A DNA stretch of 64,000 nucleotides, taken from assembly GCA_016207165.1 (NCBI GenBank), contig JACQQD010000005.1, forward strand, positions 140,088 to 204,087, written 5' to 3'. Below are positions 10,649 to 20,999 of the stretch, piece after piece. The notes under the pieces are model-generated. The model saw only the letters and a program-made list of their open reading frames with translations. It had not been told where the DNA came from and did not search any database. Source of the stretch: Candidatus Micrarchaeota archaeon (GTDB taxonomy: Archaea; Micrarchaeota; Micrarchaeia; Norongarragalinales; Norongarragalinaceae). A program made the position numbers and the translations under genes. The stretch's first letter is position 1. Each line of letters starts with the position of its first letter.

Positions 10649-12352
10649 TTAACGCACGACCGGTTTGGCTTTCCCAAGCACCAAGGCGGCGACGAAGAAC
10701 AGCAAAATGCTTTCCAGCCACAGCATGGATGCCGAGAGTTCCACGAACCCGCCGCCGGAAAGAAGTGAACTTACGTTGGGAAGCACGCCGTACAAGGACA
10801 CGTACTTCATGGCGTTGATGCCGAACGTGATGGGCAATAGAGACGTGGTTTGCTGGAGCACGGACGGCATCAACTCGTAGGGAATCACCAATCCGGAGAC
10901 GAACGTCAGCGGAATGACGAGGGCCACGACGGTCAGAATCGCGGAATTTTCCGACCGCGTCAACGAGCCAATCACGAGTCCCACGGCGACGAACGCCGAA
11001 GCCAACAACAACGCAAACGCGAACACCAGCGCCAGGTTCTGGAACTTGACGCCGAATGCGAAGAACGCCACGGACAAGACCACGCCCGTCTGCACGGCTA
11101 CAACCAGAAGCGTGGCCAACAACTTTCCAAACGCTTGCGAGAATCCGCCGATGGGGGTGAGCGCCACGCGCACAAACGCGCCGGAATTGCGTTCGCGCAC
11201 GAAGTTGAGCGCCGACAAAAGCATGCTGGTCAAGATGACGATGAGCGCCAGAATGCCGTAAATGACGAAATCCAGTTGACGGTACTGAGCGTAGTCAAAC
11301 ACGTTCACGGTGTTCAGGCGGATGGGGTTGACGACGTCGGAGGCGTCCTTGGAAGAGAAAAACTGGGCTTCGCGGCGCGCCTCCTGGATCTGCGTTTGCG
11401 CGTCATCCAACTTCACGATGACGCCGTCAATGTCGGAGACGACTTGGTCCACGGTGTTCAACGCATTCTGCTTGAAGGAGGAATACGCGCCCAATTCCTG
11501 GGTGGTGGCGGTCAACTGGTTTTTGGCCTGGGCCATCTGGGGTTTGAGGCCAAGCACGGAATTGCGCATTTGCTGCGTCAAGGCGATGCCTTGCTGGGCT
11601 TCCGTTGACGACCCGTTGGCTGAAAGTGCTTGGAATAATTGTTGCGCTGTCAACGCGGAGGCGGCCACGCCATCCAATGCTACTTCGGCGCTGGTCAACG
11701 CATTGGACGCGTCTTGAAGCGAGCCCACGTCCGGCAGTTGGTTTAGTTCCGCGCGGACTTCCGCCATGGTCTGGCGCGAGTCCGCCATGGAATTCCGCAC
11801 GGGCCCCAACTCTTTTTCAATGGCTTCCAACTTTTTGTCCGCGTCCCTAATCTTCTCCAAGACGCGGCCCACGAACTGCGACGCGGCCAACGTGGAGGCC
11901 TCGCTGGTCACCGCCTGCACGTACTGGCTTTGGAAGCCGACGAGTCCCGCGTTGGAGTTGTCCAAAAAGAATTCCAGGGACTGGCTTTGGCCTTGCGCGA
12001 TTTTCTCCGTGAAGTCAAGCGGGAACACCATGCCCATGCCGAACGACCCGCGCCGGATGTTGGACTGCAAAAAGTTTCTGCAATCCGATGGGTTGGGGTA
12101 CGCCGGCGCGTAGTCCACCACGTTAAGCAGGGTGTACGAGGAGAGCGCCTGGGCGTAGGCTTTGCCCACCACGCCTTGGTCGTGGTTGCATACCGCTACG
12201 GGAAGGGAGCGGTTGGCCGCATCGCCTCCCCCGAATAAAACCCCCAAGAACAAGATGATGAAAAGCGGCGAAACCAGCAACAACGCCGTCGTGCTTTTCC
12301 TTCGGTAAAACAGCGTCAACTCCTTTTTCATGACGTGCCAAAAGTTAACCAT
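10649..12352 (-). CDS. ABC-2 type exporter permease with long extracellular coiled-coil (YhgE/Pip-like architecture)
   Basis: N-terminal TM, VAVCNHD motif, helical insert, RER.SG motif and C-terminal TM block. Confidence 0.85.
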   Translation of the reverse strand: MVNFWHVMKKELTLFYRRKSTTALLLVSPLFIILFLGVLFGGGDAANRSLPVAVCNHDQGVVGKAYAQALSSYTLLNVVDYAPAYPNPSDCRNFLQSNIRRGSFGMGMVFPLDFTEKIAQGQSQSLEFFLDNSNAGLVGFQSQYVQAVTSEASTLAASQFVGRVLEKIRDADKKLEAIEKELGPVRNSMADSRQTMAEVRAELNQLPDVGSLQDASNALTSAEVALDGVAASALTAQQLFQALSANGSSTEAQQGIALTQQMRNSVLGLKPQMAQAKNQLTATTQELGAYSSFKQNALNTVDQVVSDIDGVIVKLDDAQTQIQEARREAQFFSSKDASDVVNPIRLNTVNVFDYAQYRQLDFVIYGILALIVILTSMLLSALNFVRERNSGAFVRVALTPIGGFSQAFGKLLATLLVVAVQTGVVLSVAFFAFGVKFQNLALVFAFALLLASAFVAVGLVIGSLTRSENSAILTVVALVIPLTFVSGLVIPYELMPSVLQQTTSLLPITFGINAMKYVSLYGVLPNVSSLLSGGGFVELSASMLWLESILLFFVAALVLGKAKPVVR

Positions 12353-13304
12353 TTTTCTTCTCCTTCATCTGCTCCTGGGTTTTCTGCGTCACCAAAAAGA
12401 AGACGTCGTTAAACGACGGCTCCTGCACGTCCAAGAACTCGACGCTTTCCTTGGTGGTCTTCAAGAACGCGTACACGGCGGCAATGACTTTTCTCGGCTC
12501 TTTCGCCGAAATCAGGAGCCCCTTTGGGTCCTGCACCACCGAGGAAACCAGTTGGCTTTGCTTTAACCGAGTGGCCAGGGTTTTCAACACCAACGGGTCG
12601 CCCGGCTTGGTGGTCACGCGAATCAACTCATCCGGCACGAATTGTTGGCGGAGCGCTTGGACGGATCCCAAGGCCTTGACTTGGCCCTCGTGCAAAATCG
12701 CCACGCGGTCGCACAAACTCTCGGCCTCGAACATGTAATGCGTGGTGAACACCACCGTCGTTTTCGTCCGCTGTAACGCCTTGATCAAGTCCCAAATGCT
12801 TTGGCGGGTGGTGGGGTCCAAGCCCACCGTCGGCTCGTCGACCAACAAAATCGGCGGTTGCGCCAAAAGCGCGAGCCACAAATTCAACCGCCTTTTTTGG
12901 CCTCCGGACAATTGTTTGGCGTAATGGTTTTCAAATCCGGTCAACCCCACGGCTTTTCCGATGATTTCGTCCTGGTCCGCGATGTCAGCTCCGCTAAGTC
13001 CCATGAGCTTGCCGAAGTAGTCCACGTTCTCGCGCACGGTCAACTCCTCGTAAAACGAGTCGTACTGCGTGGCAAACCCGATGTCAAGCCTCCCGCGGTT
13101 CGGCGGCTTTCCCAGGATGGACAATTCCCCGGATTGCATGGAGCGAAGCCCCGTACACAAGTTCAAGAACGTGGACTTGCCGCAACCCGACGGCCCAAGC
13201 AGTCCCAGAATCTCGTTTTGCTCGACGTCCAAGGAAAAATCGCGGAGAACGCTTTGGTCCCGGAAGGAAAAACCGATTTGGTTCGCGGAAATCACGGGGG
13301 CCAT
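12345..13304 (-). CDS. ABC transporter ATP-binding protein
   Basis: Walker A GPSGCGKST, LSGGQ signature, Walker B LLVDEP, H-loop; ATG 13304 preferred. Confidence 0.93.
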   Translation of the reverse strand: MAPVISANQIGFSFRDQSVLRDFSLDVEQNEILGLLGPSGCGKSTFLNLCTGLRSMQSGELSILGKPPNRGRLDIGFATQYDSFYEELTVRENVDYFGKLMGLSGADIADQDEIIGKAVGLTGFENHYAKQLSGGQKRRLNLWLALLAQPPILLVDEPTVGLDPTTRQSIWDLIKALQRTKTTVVFTTHYMFEAESLCDRVAILHEGQVKALGSVQALRQQFVPDELIRVTTKPGDPLVLKTLATRLKQSQLVSSVVQDPKGLLISAKEPRKVIAAVYAFLKTTKESVEFLDVQEPSFNDVFFLVTQKTQEQMKEKKNG

Positions 13305-13363
13305 GGCGCGTCCACCATTAGGAGGCGCGCCAATAAAAACCGGTTTTTTCAAACAAACCCATC

Positions 13364-14272
13364 ATGCGTCACGCCTTACTGTTCATTCTGGCCATTCTGG
13401 CCGTTTCGCTGTTCTTTTCCGGGTGCCTGGAAAACGTGCTCCGCCCCGAACCCCTCGACACTCCAAAGACCGCGTCCGCCCCCAATTCACTCGCGGCAAG
13501 CCCCTTGCATTCCCCAACGCCTGTACCCAGTCCCACTTCAACGCCCGCCGTGCCTTCGGCAACAACGCCCGCCATTTTAGAGCCCTTTACGCCTTCTCCA
13601 ACCGCCGCACCTCCTATCCGAGTCACAACGCCTCTGGCGATCTCCCCGTCGCCTCCCGCATCACTTGGCGCGTCTGCGACTCCCGCGGCCCTCCGCTTGG
13701 CGTTGCCGGTTTCCGAAGTCGTGTTGAAGTCCGGCGACCGCGTGGAACTTGACCACGGCGTGACCGTCGAACTGGTGTTGATCAACGTCTTGACCGTTGA
13801 CGGCGTGACCCAGCGCTCCGTTTCCCTCTTGGAATACCCCACCGGTTCTCGCCCCCAAAGCCCCACGTCCGTTCACTTGCTTTCCGGCCAAACCCAAGAC
13901 TTTTCCAGCACCCGTGTTGGAGTGCTTCGCATCAGCGACCAAAATGCGGCGTTGTCCATGTACGCCAAGCCAACGTTGACCCCTTCAGCCAGCCCGGTTC
14001 CCACGCCCCTATTCTTGGAAGCCATGGCCGCAGGCCAAACCGTGACGGCCCCCAACGGCTACGAAGTCACCTTGTCCTCCATTTACTTGAACCAAACCAA
14101 CTCTACGGCTACTTTCCTGATTCATGATCAAGGAGGCCGGCTCCTGGATTCGGCGGTCCTTTTCGAACACGGCTCCTACCAAAAAAACGACCTTAAAATC
14201 GATTTGGCGTTGATACTCAGCGGCTTGGGTCCCACGAACTTCGCGCAAGTCACCCTGACGAAAATCCCGTGA
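13364..14272 (+). CDS. putative lipoprotein with Pro/Thr-rich linker and beta-rich surface domains
   Basis: Lipobox FFSGC, PT/PS-rich stretch. Confidence 0.75.
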   Translation: MRHALLFILAILAVSLFFSGCLENVLRPEPLDTPKTASAPNSLAASPLHSPTPVPSPTSTPAVPSATTPAILEPFTPSPTAAPPIRVTTPLAISPSPPASLGASATPAALRLALPVSEVVLKSGDRVELDHGVTVELVLINVLTVDGVTQRSVSLLEYPTGSRPQSPTSVHLLSGQTQDFSSTRVGVLRISDQNAALSMYAKPTLTPSASPVPTPLFLEAMAAGQTVTAPNGYEVTLSSIYLNQTNSTATFLIHDQGGRLLDSAVLFEHGSYQKNDLKIDLALILSGLGPTNFAQVTLTKIP

Positions 14273-14331
14273 TGCGTTTCGCACTCGTGGACCAGGAACC
14301 CTTTTTATCCGCCTTTCCCCTTTGAATTTCC

Positions 14332-14901
14332 ATGCGCATCAACCCCTGGCACACGTTCTTCACTCTCTTGTTTTTCGCGCTTCTGTACTCGTTTGCCAAC
14401 GCCCCCGAAGAACTCGCCGTCCTTTTGGTGGTGGCCTACCTCTTGGCAAGACTGACGTTTTTTCCCATCAAGCGCTTTTTCTTCAGGAAAGCCGTGGCCT
14501 TTGACATGGGAGGGGTGGTGACGAAAGGCGACTTTTACACCGAGGAACTTGTGGAAATGGAGGGAACCCGCGACTTGGTCGAGCGCCTCAAAGTCGGCCA
14601 CAAAGTGGCCTTGTTGACGAACAACAACGCCCTGGCTTTCGGGGCTTTTGACCGAAAATTCGGGTTGAGCCAGTTGTTTGACGTGGTCATCGTCTCCGGA
14701 AAAGAAGGCGCCAAGAAACCCGACGAAGCTTTGTTCAAGATCGCGTTGAGAAAACTCCACGTGCGCTCCCACGACTTGTACTTCTTGGATGACGCGCCGG
14801 CCAACGTGGAAGCCGCGAAAAAGCTGGGCATCCACGGCATCGTGTTTAAAGACGCCACACAAGCGGAAGCCGAACTCAAAAAGGCGGGCCTGAGGTTCTG
14901 A
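14332..14901 (+). CDS. HAD-family hydrolase with N-terminal membrane anchor
   Basis: AFDMGGV, LLTNN, KKPD, YFLDD..NVEAA motifs; two N-terminal hydrophobic helices. Confidence 0.85.
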   Translation: MRINPWHTFFTLLFFALLYSFANAPEELAVLLVVAYLLARLTFFPIKRFFFRKAVAFDMGGVVTKGDFYTEELVEMEGTRDLVERLKVGHKVALLTNNNALAFGAFDRKFGLSQLFDVVIVSGKEGAKKPDEALFKIALRKLHVRSHDLYFLDDAPANVEAAKKLGIHGIVFKDATQAEAELKKAGLRF

Positions 14902-14904
14902 CGT

Positions 14905-15036
14905 ATGAACAAAAAAATCGAAATTCACTTGGTCCGATTGAAAATTCTCCAGGAGCAAACCGAAATGTTCCAAAAAGGCCAACGGTATCTTTCCGAGGAA
15001 GAGGCACTGGCTTGCTACCGCGAGGCCAAGCTTTAA
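14905..15036 (+). CDS. small hypothetical protein (43 aa)
   Basis: ATG 3 nt after the HAD stop; MNKKIEIHLVRLKILQEQTEMFQKGQRYLSEEEALACYREAKL. Confidence 0.4.
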   Translation: MNKKIEIHLVRLKILQEQTEMFQKGQRYLSEEEALACYREAKL

Positions 15037-15149
15037 AAACCGTTTTTGCCATTCAAGTTAACGCTTCTTTTGCATTCCGATGCAAACCGATGGGGAGAAG
15101 GATCCGGTTCAACGCTGGATAGAGAACCATCATTCACGTGATTTCAATT

Positions 15150-15455
15150 ATGGACATCGATCGATCCATTCGCTTGGCCGTGGACTCCGGAAAGGTTACC
15201 CTCGGCAGCCAAAAAAGCATCAAGCATGCGCTCAACGGCGACGCGAAGCTGTTGGTGTTGGCGGAAAACTGCCCGGAAACGGTAGCGGACGACGTCAAAG
15301 AGTACTGCAAGCTGTCGGAAATCCGCGTGGTGCGGTTTCCCGGCACCAGCGTCAAATTGGGCACGGTGTGCGGCAAACCGTTCCCCGTGAGCGTGTTGAG
15401 CGTGATTGAGGAAGGGGATTCCGACATTTTGAACGTGGAATCTCCAGAGGGTTAA
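15150..15455 (+). CDS. rpl30e: 50S ribosomal protein L30e
   Basis: LAVDSGKVTLG...LLVLAENCP...LGTVCGKPFPVS....GDSDIL. Confidence 0.95.
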   Translation: MDIDRSIRLAVDSGKVTLGSQKSIKHALNGDAKLLVLAENCPETVADDVKEYCKLSEIRVVRFPGTSVKLGTVCGKPFPVSVLSVIEEGDSDILNVESPEG

Positions 15456-15459
15456 CGCA

Positions 15460-15873
15460 ATGCGCACGCTTTCGACAGCCGACTTCCAGTTGCTGAACCT
15501 GTTGGAGGACAAGACCGGTGTGAGGGCTTTGGACGTGTTCCAAGCCGAATCCGCTTTGGTTTTCGTCGTTCCGTCCGGCAGCGCCGGAAAAGTGTTGGGC
15601 AAGCAGGGGTCCAACCGGCTTCGCTTGGAGCGCTTCGTGGGAAAATCCGTGGACGTGGTGGAACAGTCCGAAACCCTGGAGGGGTTTGCGAGAAACTGCT
15701 TCCGCCCCGCGGAAATTCGGCAAGTGGATGTGAAGGAACAAGGAAAAAAAGTCATCGTGAAAGTGGACGCTTCGCAGCGGGGGTTGGCCATTGGCCGAAG
15801 CGGTGAGCGCATCAAGCGCGCCCGCCTGCTGTTGAAGCGGTACTTTGACGTCGACGACGTAAAACTGGTGTGA
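15460..15873 (+). CDS. nusA: archaeal NusA (KH domains)
   Basis: GKVLGKQG and AIGRSG KH motifs; conserved position. Confidence 0.9.
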   Translation: MRTLSTADFQLLNLLEDKTGVRALDVFQAESALVFVVPSGSAGKVLGKQGSNRLRLERFVGKSVDVVEQSETLEGFARNCFRPAEIRQVDVKEQGKKVIVKVDASQRGLAIGRSGERIKRARLLLKRYFDVDDVKLV

Positions 15874-15879
15874 ACATAT

Positions 15880-16308
15880 ATGGCTCGAGGAGAATTCGCT
15901 TCAAGAAAACTCAAGAAAGACCGCAAACGCCACCGACGGCTTGAAAAAGCGTGGAAGCGGCGCGCGTACGGCATCAAGGACCGCTACGACCCGTTGGAAG
16001 GCGCGCCCCAAGCCAGGGGCTTGGTCATCAAAAAGGAAGGCAAGGAACAGAAACAGCCTCACTCCGGCATCGTCAAGTGCGTTCGCGTGCAGCTCGCCAA
16101 AAACGGCCGGAAAGTCTCGGCGCACGTGCCCCGCGACAAGGCCATCACCAAGATTGACGAGCACGACGAAGTCGTCATCGAAGGACTTGGGGGAAGCCAG
16201 CGCGGCCAAATGGGTTCGATTCCCGGCGTGCGTTTCCGCGTCGTGTCGGTCAACGGCGTGTCGCTGGAAGAACTGCGTACTGGCCGAAAGGAGAAGCCGA
16301 AGAGGTAG
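15880..16308 (+). CDS. rps12: 30S ribosomal protein S12 (uS12)
   Basis: PLEGAPQARGLV, KQPHSG..KCVRVQL, IPGVRF. Confidence 0.96.
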   Translation: MARGEFASRKLKKDRKRHRRLEKAWKRRAYGIKDRYDPLEGAPQARGLVIKKEGKEQKQPHSGIVKCVRVQLAKNGRKVSAHVPRDKAITKIDEHDEVVIEGLGGSQRGQMGSIPGVRFRVVSVNGVSLEELRTGRKEKPKR

Positions 16309-16314
16309 ACGTTC

Positions 16315-16920
16315 ATGGAATTGAAATTGTTCGGAAAATACGCGTACGACGGCGTGACGGTGAAAGACCGAAGCATGCAGCGCTATTTGAGCCTCAAGCC
16401 CGTGGTTTTGCCGCATACGTTTGCAAGGCACGCCAACCAGCCGTTCGCCAAGGCGCAAGTCAACATCGTCGAACGCTTGGCCAACAAGCTCATGCGCGGC
16501 GGAACCGGCGAAAAGATTTCCGGCAAGATTATCCGCACGCACGGAAAACTCCAAGGCAAGAAAACCAAGGTCATCAAGGCCATTGAAACCGCGTTTGACG
16601 CCATCGCCAAGAAAACCGGCAAGAACCCCATCCAAGTCTTGGTGGACGCATTGGAAAACGTCGCGCCCCGGGAAGACATCACCCGCGTGCGCTTCGGCGG
16701 CGTGGCCTACCAAGTGGCTGTCGACATTTCCGCGCAACGCCGCCTGGATTTGGCTCTGCACAATTTGGCCATTGCCGCGGTCTTGGCTTCGTTTGACAAA
16801 AAAGACACGTTGAGCGACGCGTTGACCAACGAAATCATTCTGGCTTCGCAGAACAACCCCGACAGCTACTCCGTCAAGCGCAAAAACGAAATCGAGCGCA
16901 TGGCGCGCAGTGCCAGGTAG
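16315..16920 (+). CDS. rps7: 30S ribosomal protein S7 (uS7)
   Basis: IVERLAN, NPIQVLV, PRED, AVDIS..RR.D.AL, ERMARSAR. Confidence 0.96.
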   Translation: MELKLFGKYAYDGVTVKDRSMQRYLSLKPVVLPHTFARHANQPFAKAQVNIVERLANKLMRGGTGEKISGKIIRTHGKLQGKKTKVIKAIETAFDAIAKKTGKNPIQVLVDALENVAPREDITRVRFGGVAYQVAVDISAQRRLDLALHNLAIAAVLASFDKKDTLSDALTNEIILASQNNPDSYSVKRKNEIERMARSAR

Positions 16921-16927
16921 TCAAGCC

Positions 16928-17122
16928 ATGCCTAAGAAACGCCTTCACCTCTCCTCCACGGACAAGACGTTTCTTGGAGTGTGCGGTGGCCTGGCCGAAT
17001 ACTTGAATGCAGATCCCACCGTCGTCCGGCTGGTCTGGGTTATCGTGACGTTGTTTACCGGCATCGTGCCCGGCATCCTGGCGTACTTTTTGGCTTGGGC
17101 CGTGATGCCTAAGAAGGGTTGA
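16928..17122 (+). CDS. pspC: PspC-domain membrane protein
   Basis: KRL..S..DK...GVCGGLAEYL..DPT.VRL...AY..AW.VMP. Confidence 0.9.
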   Translation: MPKKRLHLSSTDKTFLGVCGGLAEYLNADPTVVRLVWVIVTLFTGIVPGILAYFLAWAVMPKKG

Positions 17123-17131
17123 TGGGTATAT

Positions 17132-19321
17132 ATGGCTCGGAAAGAAGTCGTCGTGGAAGAAGTCGCCCGTCTCATGAGCAACCCCAAGAACATCCGCAAC
17201 ATGGGCATCGTGGCGCACGTGGACCACGGCAAGACGACTTTAAGCGATTCGTTGGTTGCGCGGGCAGGACTGATTTCCAAGGAATTGGCTGGCGAGCAGC
17301 GCGTGCTGGATTTTGATCCCCAGGAACAAGCCCGCGGCATCACGATTAAGGCCGCCAACATTTCCCTGGGGTTCACCCACGTCGACGGCCAGGAATACTT
17401 GATCAACCTCATCGACACCCCGGGCCACGTGGATTTCGGCGGCCACGTCACGCGCGCCATGCGGGCCGTGGACGGAGCGGTGGTCGTTGTCGACTCCGTG
17501 GAAGGCATCATGCCGCAAACCGAGACGGTACTGCGCCAAGCGCTGAAAGAAAAAGTGCGGCCCGTTTTGTTCATCAACAAGATTGACCGCCTCATGAACG
17601 AACTCAAGCTGGATGCCAAAGGCATGCAAGACAAGTTTTTGAAAGTCATGATGGGCGTCAACAAGCTCATCGAACAGTACGGCCCCGAGGAATTCAAGAA
17701 GGACTGGATGATTGAAGTCCAGAAAGGAAACGTGGCGTTCGGCTCCGGTTTTCACAAGTGGGCCCTCTCCGCGGGCACCATGAAGAAATTCGGCATCAGC
17801 TTTAAAGACATGTACGACTTGTGCGTCGCCGAAAACCACAAGGAACTCCAAACCAAGGCGCCCTTGGACGAAGTCATTTTGGGCATGGTCGTGGAACATC
17901 TTCCCTCCCCTGACCAAGCGCAAAAATACCGCATTCCCGTCATCTGGCACGGCGACAAAGAAAGCGTTCACGGCAAAGCCATGCTGACGTGTGACCCGCA
18001 GGGCCCAGCCACGTTCATGATTACCGCCATCCAAGTGGACCCGCACGCCGGCGACGTCGCCGTGGGCCGCATCTACTCCGGCAAGCTCAAGAAAGGCTCG
18101 GAACTGTATTTGGCCTCCCAGTTCAAGTCGGAAAAAATCCAGGGCGTCGCCATCTACATGGGTCCCGACCGCGTGCTGGTCAATGAAGCCATGCCCGGAA
18201 ACATCGTGGCCCTGGTCGGCCTCAAGGAGCAATACGCCGGTGAAACCCTTTCCGAAGGCGAGATGACGGCATTCGAGCAAATCAAGCACCATTCTGAGCC
18301 GGTGGTCACCAAGAGCATCGAAGCCAAGAACCCCCGAGACTTGGCCAAACTCGTCGACGTGTTGCGCAAAATCGGTAAAGAGGATCCCACCCTTCGGGTG
18401 GAAATCAACCACGAGACCGGCGAGCACCTCATGTCCGGCATGGGCGAATTGCATTTGGAAATCATCGAGTACAAGATCAAAAACGAGCGGGGCGTCGACA
18501 TCACCACCTCGCCGCCCATCGTCGTGTACCACGAGACGATTGTCAGCGAAGGGCCGGAACTGGAAGGAAAATCGCCCAACAAGCACAACAAGTTCAAGTT
18601 GTACGTACAGCCCCTGGAGAAAAGCGTCCAGGAGGCCTTCGTGGAAGGCAAGATCACCGCCTCCATGAAAGGAAAGGACTTGGCGGACCGCCTCATCGAA
18701 GCCGGCCTTCCCCGCGACGAAGCCAAAAAGGTGCTGAAGATCTCCGGCGAAAACATTTTCATCGACGCCACCAAAGGCGTCCAGTACCTCCAGGACATCC
18801 GCGAACTCGTGGTGGAAGCCTTCGAGCAAGCCATGAAAAGCGGCCCGCTGGCCAAGGAAAATTGCGTCGGCGTCAAGGTATTGTTGACGGACGCCAACAT
18901 CCACGTCGACCCCGCCCACCGCGGACCCGCGCAAATCATTCCCGCCATCCGCCGGCCGATTTACGCCTCCATGCTGCACGCCGGCTGCGTCCTACAGGAA
19001 CCCAAGCAGAAGCTCTTCGTCAGTACTCCGACCGATTACATGAGCGGCATCATCAACTTGATTCAAGGCCGCCGAGGCCAAGTGTTGAACATGACTCAAG
19101 AGGGAGAAGCCATGCAGATCGACTCGAAAGTGCCTGTTTCAGCCATGTTCGGCTTCGCCTCCGAAATCCGGGGCGCCTCCCAAGGCCGGGCCGCGTGGTA
19201 CTACGAGTACGCGGGCTACGAGCAGTTGCCCAAGTCGCTTCAAAACCAAGTCATCACGGAAATCAGGAAGCGCAAGGGCGAGCCGGAGACGCCGCCGACG
19301 GCCAGAGACTTCGTGGACTGA
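17132..19321 (+). CDS. fusA: elongation factor EF-2
   Basis: AHVDHGKTT, RGITI, DTPGHVDF, NKID; diphthamide loop HRGPAQ intact. Confidence 0.98.
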   Translation: MARKEVVVEEVARLMSNPKNIRNMGIVAHVDHGKTTLSDSLVARAGLISKELAGEQRVLDFDPQEQARGITIKAANISLGFTHVDGQEYLINLIDTPGHVDFGGHVTRAMRAVDGAVVVVDSVEGIMPQTETVLRQALKEKVRPVLFINKIDRLMNELKLDAKGMQDKFLKVMMGVNKLIEQYGPEEFKKDWMIEVQKGNVAFGSGFHKWALSAGTMKKFGISFKDMYDLCVAENHKELQTKAPLDEVILGMVVEHLPSPDQAQKYRIPVIWHGDKESVHGKAMLTCDPQGPATFMITAIQVDPHAGDVAVGRIYSGKLKKGSELYLASQFKSEKIQGVAIYMGPDRVLVNEAMPGNIVALVGLKEQYAGETLSEGEMTAFEQIKHHSEPVVTKSIEAKNPRDLAKLVDVLRKIGKEDPTLRVEINHETGEHLMSGMGELHLEIIEYKIKNERGVDITTSPPIVVYHETIVSEGPELEGKSPNKHNKFKLYVQPLEKSVQEAFVEGKITASMKGKDLADRLIEAGLPRDEAKKVLKISGENIFIDATKGVQYLQDIRELVVEAFEQAMKSGPLAKENCVGVKVLLTDANIHVDPAHRGPAQIIPAIRRPIYASMLHAGCVLQEPKQKLFVSTPTDYMSGIINLIQGRRGQVLNMTQEGEAMQIDSKVPVSAMFGFASEIRGASQGRAAWYYEYAGYEQLPKSLQNQVITEIRKRKGEPETPPTARDFVD

Positions 19322-19382
19322 AAAGGGTTTTTTCCTTTTCGGTTTCTTTTTTTCAATTCGTCCTGTGCAACGCCTTTGCCGC

Positions 19383-20246
19383 TTAAAACCCGCGGGTTCT
19401 CACTTCCGAGGCAATGACTCCCAGTTCCCAAGACGGCCCAAAACTGCACATGACGTCCCGCGCTTTTTCTCCTCGGTCGCGCGCAATGAGGTGGATGCCG
19501 CTTTCGCTGCGGAACAACTCGCGGGCGTCGTCGTCTTCCAAGTCAACGCGTTGGCCTTGGGGAATGCCGAAGCGCGCGTCCGGCAAAAACCAGCGGTTTT
19601 CCGGCGGAACATTTTTTCCAGGGTTGTCCAAACCCAGGGACGGAAAATCGTAGACGCACTTGACGTTCGTTTCGTCGGATACCGCGACGTAGACGGTGTT
19701 GCCGCGGCCGGAAGCCATTGCGAAAAAAGGTTTTCCTTGTTCGTCAAAGCCGTGTTCCAACACGAGTACGGCATTTCGTTCGTTGCGGAATGCTTCAGGC
19801 ACAGGGAACTTGTACGTCGTGCCGGTCTCCGGGTCTTTGAAGGCCACGAAGCGTCCGCCTTCTTTCTTGTTGGCTTCCACGAACGATTTTCCGGGCTTGA
19901 CGTACGCCACCAGCGTTCCGGTCCACACCGGAAACACGTTCTTGAGGGGATCCTGCGTGGCCGTGTCCGAACTCAACACGTGCCGGGGTTTGTCGCGTTT
20001 GGGCGGGTACTGCCACAAGTCCTCCAACAATTCGTCGACGTGCTTGTTGGAAAAAAGCGTGTACCCCATTTGGTTGGCCCTGAACAGGGCTTCTTCCATG
20101 GATAGCCTCTTTTGGCGCGCCATGGCGAACACCGTCGGCTCAAGTGCAGGCTTTTTTGGCGTTTCGCCGAGGACCTCTTTTTTGAACCAATCCGCGATTT
20201 TTTCCATGGCCTGCTTTTCCCAACGAATTTCCATGACGCCCTGCAC
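19383..20246 (-). CDS. hypothetical protein
   Basis: 287-aa ORF with host-like codon pattern, divergent from 20304; start may be 20234. Confidence 0.65.
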   Translation of the reverse strand: MQGVMEIRWEKQAMEKIADWFKKEVLGETPKKPALEPTVFAMARQKRLSMEEALFRANQMGYTLFSNKHVDELLEDLWQYPPKRDKPRHVLSSDTATQDPLKNVFPVWTGTLVAYVKPGKSFVEANKKEGGRFVAFKDPETGTTYKFPVPEAFRNERNAVLVLEHGFDEQGKPFFAMASGRGNTVYVAVSDETNVKCVYDFPSLGLDNPGKNVPPENRWFLPDARFGIPQGQRVDLEDDDARELFRSESGIHLIARDRGEKARDVMCSFGPSWELGVIASEVRTRGF

Positions 20247-20303
20247 CTACTTAAGCCCGCGTTTGCGAAGGCTTTAAACGAAGTTTCGCCGTTGTCTTTC
20301 CGT

Positions 20304-20999
20304 ATGGACCATCTTGCTTCCTCCATCCGCGGCAAACTTTCAGACCTCGGCTTGTTCCGATCCCCCAATTCCAGCAATCCAGCGCGCGGCGGCACGCTGG
20401 CGCTTCTTTCCAAGCATCACTTGGCCATCCAGGAAGCCGGTGGCCCCTTTCAGTTGAACAACGACTTGCGCCGCAACTTGCGGGACCGCGGCGTGGTACT
20501 CACTGAAGAAAGCGGTCAGACTTACTTGTACTTGCACGGGCTATCCCTCTTGAAGGGAGCGTCTTTCAAGGAGGCGAGAACCGATTTTCTTTCAAACGCG
20601 TTGAGGCTGAAGGAACTGTTGGCCGCGTCCGGCCTAGAAGCGCACGTGCACGCGTCGACGTACCGCACCACGGAAGAAAACGAGTTGTCCTCGTTGATGG
20701 GACGCCACTTCGACGGCTTCTGGAAGGCGTTGACCCGGTACGCCCGCCATTTCACCGGAGTGCACTCTCTGGTCTTGCGCGTCCAAGTCCCCTCCGAATC
20801 GGCCCCGGCCTTAGAGCAGGCCCTCCGAAGCTGGAGGGACACCGCGTCGCTTAAAAACCGTCAACGCGACCTGGGCCTCCACACGCTCTTGTCGTGCCTG
20901 GTTTCCACGCCCACGCGTGTGTCCGAGCGCCGCGGAGACGTTCACGTGCAAGTCACGCCGCGCCGGAGGCGTTTTCGGCGAAGGGGCGCGTCCGCCTAG
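20304..20999 (+). CDS. hypothetical protein, Arg-rich C-terminus
   Basis: ATG 20304 about 25 nt after TTTAAA box; no recognisable motif. Confidence 0.6.
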   Translation: MDHLASSIRGKLSDLGLFRSPNSSNPARGGTLALLSKHHLAIQEAGGPFQLNNDLRRNLRDRGVVLTEESGQTYLYLHGLSLLKGASFKEARTDFLSNALRLKELLAASGLEAHVHASTYRTTEENELSSLMGRHFDGFWKALTRYARHFTGVHSLVLRVQVPSESAPALEQALRSWRDTASLKNRQRDLGLHTLLSCLVSTPTRVSERRGDVHVQVTPRRRRFRRRGASA

